A stretch of DNA of 64,000 nucleotides from Amphiscolops sp. MND2022 (lineage: Eukaryota): NCBI GenBank assembly GCA_964187785.1, contig OZ076409.1, positions 82,152,001-82,216,000 of the forward strand, read 5' to 3'. The notes below the pieces were generated by a model, which was given only the letters and a program-made list of their open reading frames with translations, was not told the origin of the DNA and made no database searches. How positions within the stretch are numbered: position 1 is the stretch's first letter; each line of letters starts with the position of its first letter. Shown here piece by piece: positions 61,200 through 64,000 of this stretch. The position numbers and the translations under genes are program-made.

Positions 61200-63740
61200 T
61201 TTCTATCTTGGTCCATTCTTGGTCAATGCCTGTCGACGAATTTACTTTAAATCGACATCGGAATGTGAACAGGAAAAACCTGGATCATTCATGCAGTATC
61301 ATGGGTGACCTTTCTTGTAATGAAAAACCATGTTTAAACATGGGTAGCTATCCAAATGATGCTGGAAATCCTTGATATCTGAGGAACCCCAACGGTAATT
61401 TTTCATGTGATAGAACATCGACGTCGTAAAAAGCATTAACCTGAAACTGGGCAGCCCGCGAGAACCAACCAGGGTTCAAAGTCATGTAATGATCATATTT
61501 ATTCATATTTGCATATGTCTTTCAAAAAGTCTGTAAAACTAGTCACAGACCAATTTTTGTTTTTTTCTGAAATGCTCGCTCGAGTGAATACCAAAGAAAC
61601 CAGCATTCCTTTCAGAGAAAACATGAATCTCATGAAAAACGACAATTAATGTCAAGACAATCGTGTCTTGAAACAAGTCTGTAGTGATTTTGATGGGATA
61701 GCTTTGATCTGGATAAAGGCTTCGGAAAGCTTGCATCGTGTATCATTTTTTCAGCTGATAATTTTGCTCTAATGAAACGTCGTTTGCTGAAAAAGAAGAA
61801 TTGGGTTAATAATAAATTGAAAAAGGGAATACATTAGAGATCGTAAGTACAAGAACTGGTACAATGACCCGGATAATGATACAAAACGCAATGAGTTTGT
61901 GGAGCAGCGAAACATAATAAAACAATTGACCGTAAATGCTCGTTATTCATTCGTGCAGGAAAAATTTGAATCGAGCAAAAATGATTCAAAACGATTCCAC
62001 CGAGAACTAACTCTACTACTACTCCAATTATTGTAGAGCAAAAATCACCCAATCTATCACGTTTCAATGATCGACCAACTGTGGACGATTTCAACAATTT
62101 TCTGCTAAGATTGGAATAAATCTAACAATTCAATTCCAACTATCGTTGACGACCCCTTACAAAAGAATCTAACTCAATCAATGTTTCTGAAAGCAACTAA
62201 CGAGTATGACGCTGAGAAAATTATCACGAAAAAGAAAAAAAAACTTCAGTCGGTCCCGATGGAATAAACCCGAAACTCCTGAAATTTAGTACGGTCTCTT
62301 TTATCAGACCCTTAACCATTCTGATTATTCCGTGCATTCTTTCCTGAATATCTGAAGGTGGCAAAAGTAATTCCAATCTATGAATAGGGCGACAAAGAAG
62401 ACTTTTCTACCTATAGACCATTTTCGCTTCTTCCACTTTTAGGCAAAGTTTTTGAACAAGTCTTGTATACGAGATTTTCAGCAAATATCAATAAATTCGA
62501 TCGTTTGGATGAAAATCAACTTGACTTCCGAAGTAAACACAAAACGATCGATGTGCTGGCTTGTGTTAATGAACAAATCAGACTAGCCATGGATCGGAAA
62601 GAAACTTCTTGTTGCGTTTTCCTTGATGTCAAAAAAGCATTTGATACTCTTGACCAATAAATTATGGTTGCCAAACTCGGATTTTTCGGTTTTCGGGTCA
62701 GAGTTTTTGGAGTTGCTAAAATTTTATCTAAGTGATAGGAATAAGATTTTCATGTAGACGGTTTCAATTCATCGTGAGAATCCGTCGAATGCGGCGTATC
62801 ACAAGGATCAGTGCTCGGACACCTGCTGTTTTTGCTGTATATTACCTATCTACCGCGATGTGTCAATGCAGGCATAACGTTTTTCGCAACGATACTAACA
62901 TATTTCACAACAAGAGCAACAGTGCACGGTCGTTACCAGATATTGGAGTGATGTAGATGTATGGACGAAAAGCAATAAACTAATTGTAACCTCGACAAAT
63001 CTTATGTGTTTTTCTGAAGAGAAACTGCGGACGTAGAGTAGGGTGATTTTTAATTGAGCGTTCACCCGAATTCGAAGTATCTTCGTGTCATCATTGATGA
63101 AAATTTCTCATCCAAAGACCACATATCAAAACTGAAGTCAAAAGTGTTGTTTTGCAACTTTACGATTTTGCCAACCCGTCGCCTGCTAACGAAGCAACAT
63201 TTGCTTCTATACTTAAAGCTGCACGTTAAGCCTGTTGTTCAGTATGGAGTTCTTTTATATGTTTGCACCGCTTACTCGTCTCTGGGACATTGGAACCGGT
63301 ATTTATAATTCAGAGGAGAAATATGAGAATATTTTCAACTGACCGAAGAAATCATCCGTTAAAGATTTGATGATCGAGCATGATGTAGCAACTGCTCACG
63401 AGCTCCATGTCTGCGAATTATTCAAAATCATAGTTGGTTGTTTGTGTTAAGATCATTCCGTTAATATACTGGACATTATCCTGAAGCAAGTTCCAGAACG
63501 TGGCTACGGAATCCGTAGCTCTTCACAGAGAGCGGCTATGCCAGCATCATGTTACAAGAACTTCCGTCAATGCCTGTCAAAGAGAATGCCGGCGTTGTTC
63601 AATCAGTTGATTTCATGGAGCGAGTTACCGGATCCGCATTTCGTTTCTAGCGTCGATCATGAGGGACGAACTGCTTTATGTCATGACTTCTTCAAAGGAT
63701 ACATCCTCGCAAATGAGGAACCAATCCGTTCCGCATAGGG
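61200..63740 (+). pseudogene. Decayed CR1/L2-like LINE ORF2 (APE end + RT)
   Basis: Broken motifs YRPFSLL, CVFLDVKKAFDTLD, QGSVLGHLLF, KYLRVIIDE, VVQYGVLLY. Confidence 0.85.
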
Positions 63741-64000
63741 CCTGGATTCGCTTCAGAGGCTCCTGTTTCACGGTAATAACTATGTTCACTGAACATTTCC
63801 TCCAGTCCTTTTGTTTAAGTTAGCATAATTGCCCAGTTCGCCGCTCGTTAATTGTATATCTAGTTGATTAAATAATTTGATCGCTCTTATATTTTATTAT
63901 CTTTAATTGCTTGGTCAATGATACCTGAGATTTTTTCCCAAAACAGTCCAACTATTATCCCCCTGAAGAATTGCACCTGCTAGCCCAAGGCTTTTCAAAT

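Noticed and set aside
57770..61200. Search for the next channel exon (M2-M3 loop and M3)
   Set aside because: Candidate acceptors (e.g. ~59066, ~59636) give no P.VSY/KA.D/LEY-like peptide; the exon is not evident in the window.

Overview
AT-rich animal (invertebrate-like) genomic DNA. The backbone is a + strand Cys-loop ligand-gated anion channel gene (GABA/glycine/GluCl-like). Six coding exons (7142-37786) run from the signal peptide through M2; the M3/M4 exons were not found and probably lie beyond the window. Its large introns are packed with mobile DNA: MITEs with target-site duplications (TSDs), foldback palindromes, decayed LINE RT fragments, an internally deleted BEL/Pao LTR element (25985-30497) and an intact CR1/L2-type LINE. 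That LINE's ORF2 is in frame with ORF1, lacks its own AUG and begins with a 2A-like (DIEQNPGP) motif. The main object is a complete 18-kb Polinton/Maverick (adintovirus-like) endogenous virus at 39723-57762, with AGTAGTAG terminal inverted repeats (TIRs) and a GATCAT TSD. It encodes pPolB, packaging ATPase, integrase, core protein, major capsid protein, adenain protease, penton and accessory genes, most now disrupted. It appears to carry at least five short, frame-preserving GT-AG spliceosomal introns (one inside pPolB), splice-acceptor-like sites just upstream of many start codons, a zinc-finger extension on pPolB and an internal (TTAGGG)5 tract.
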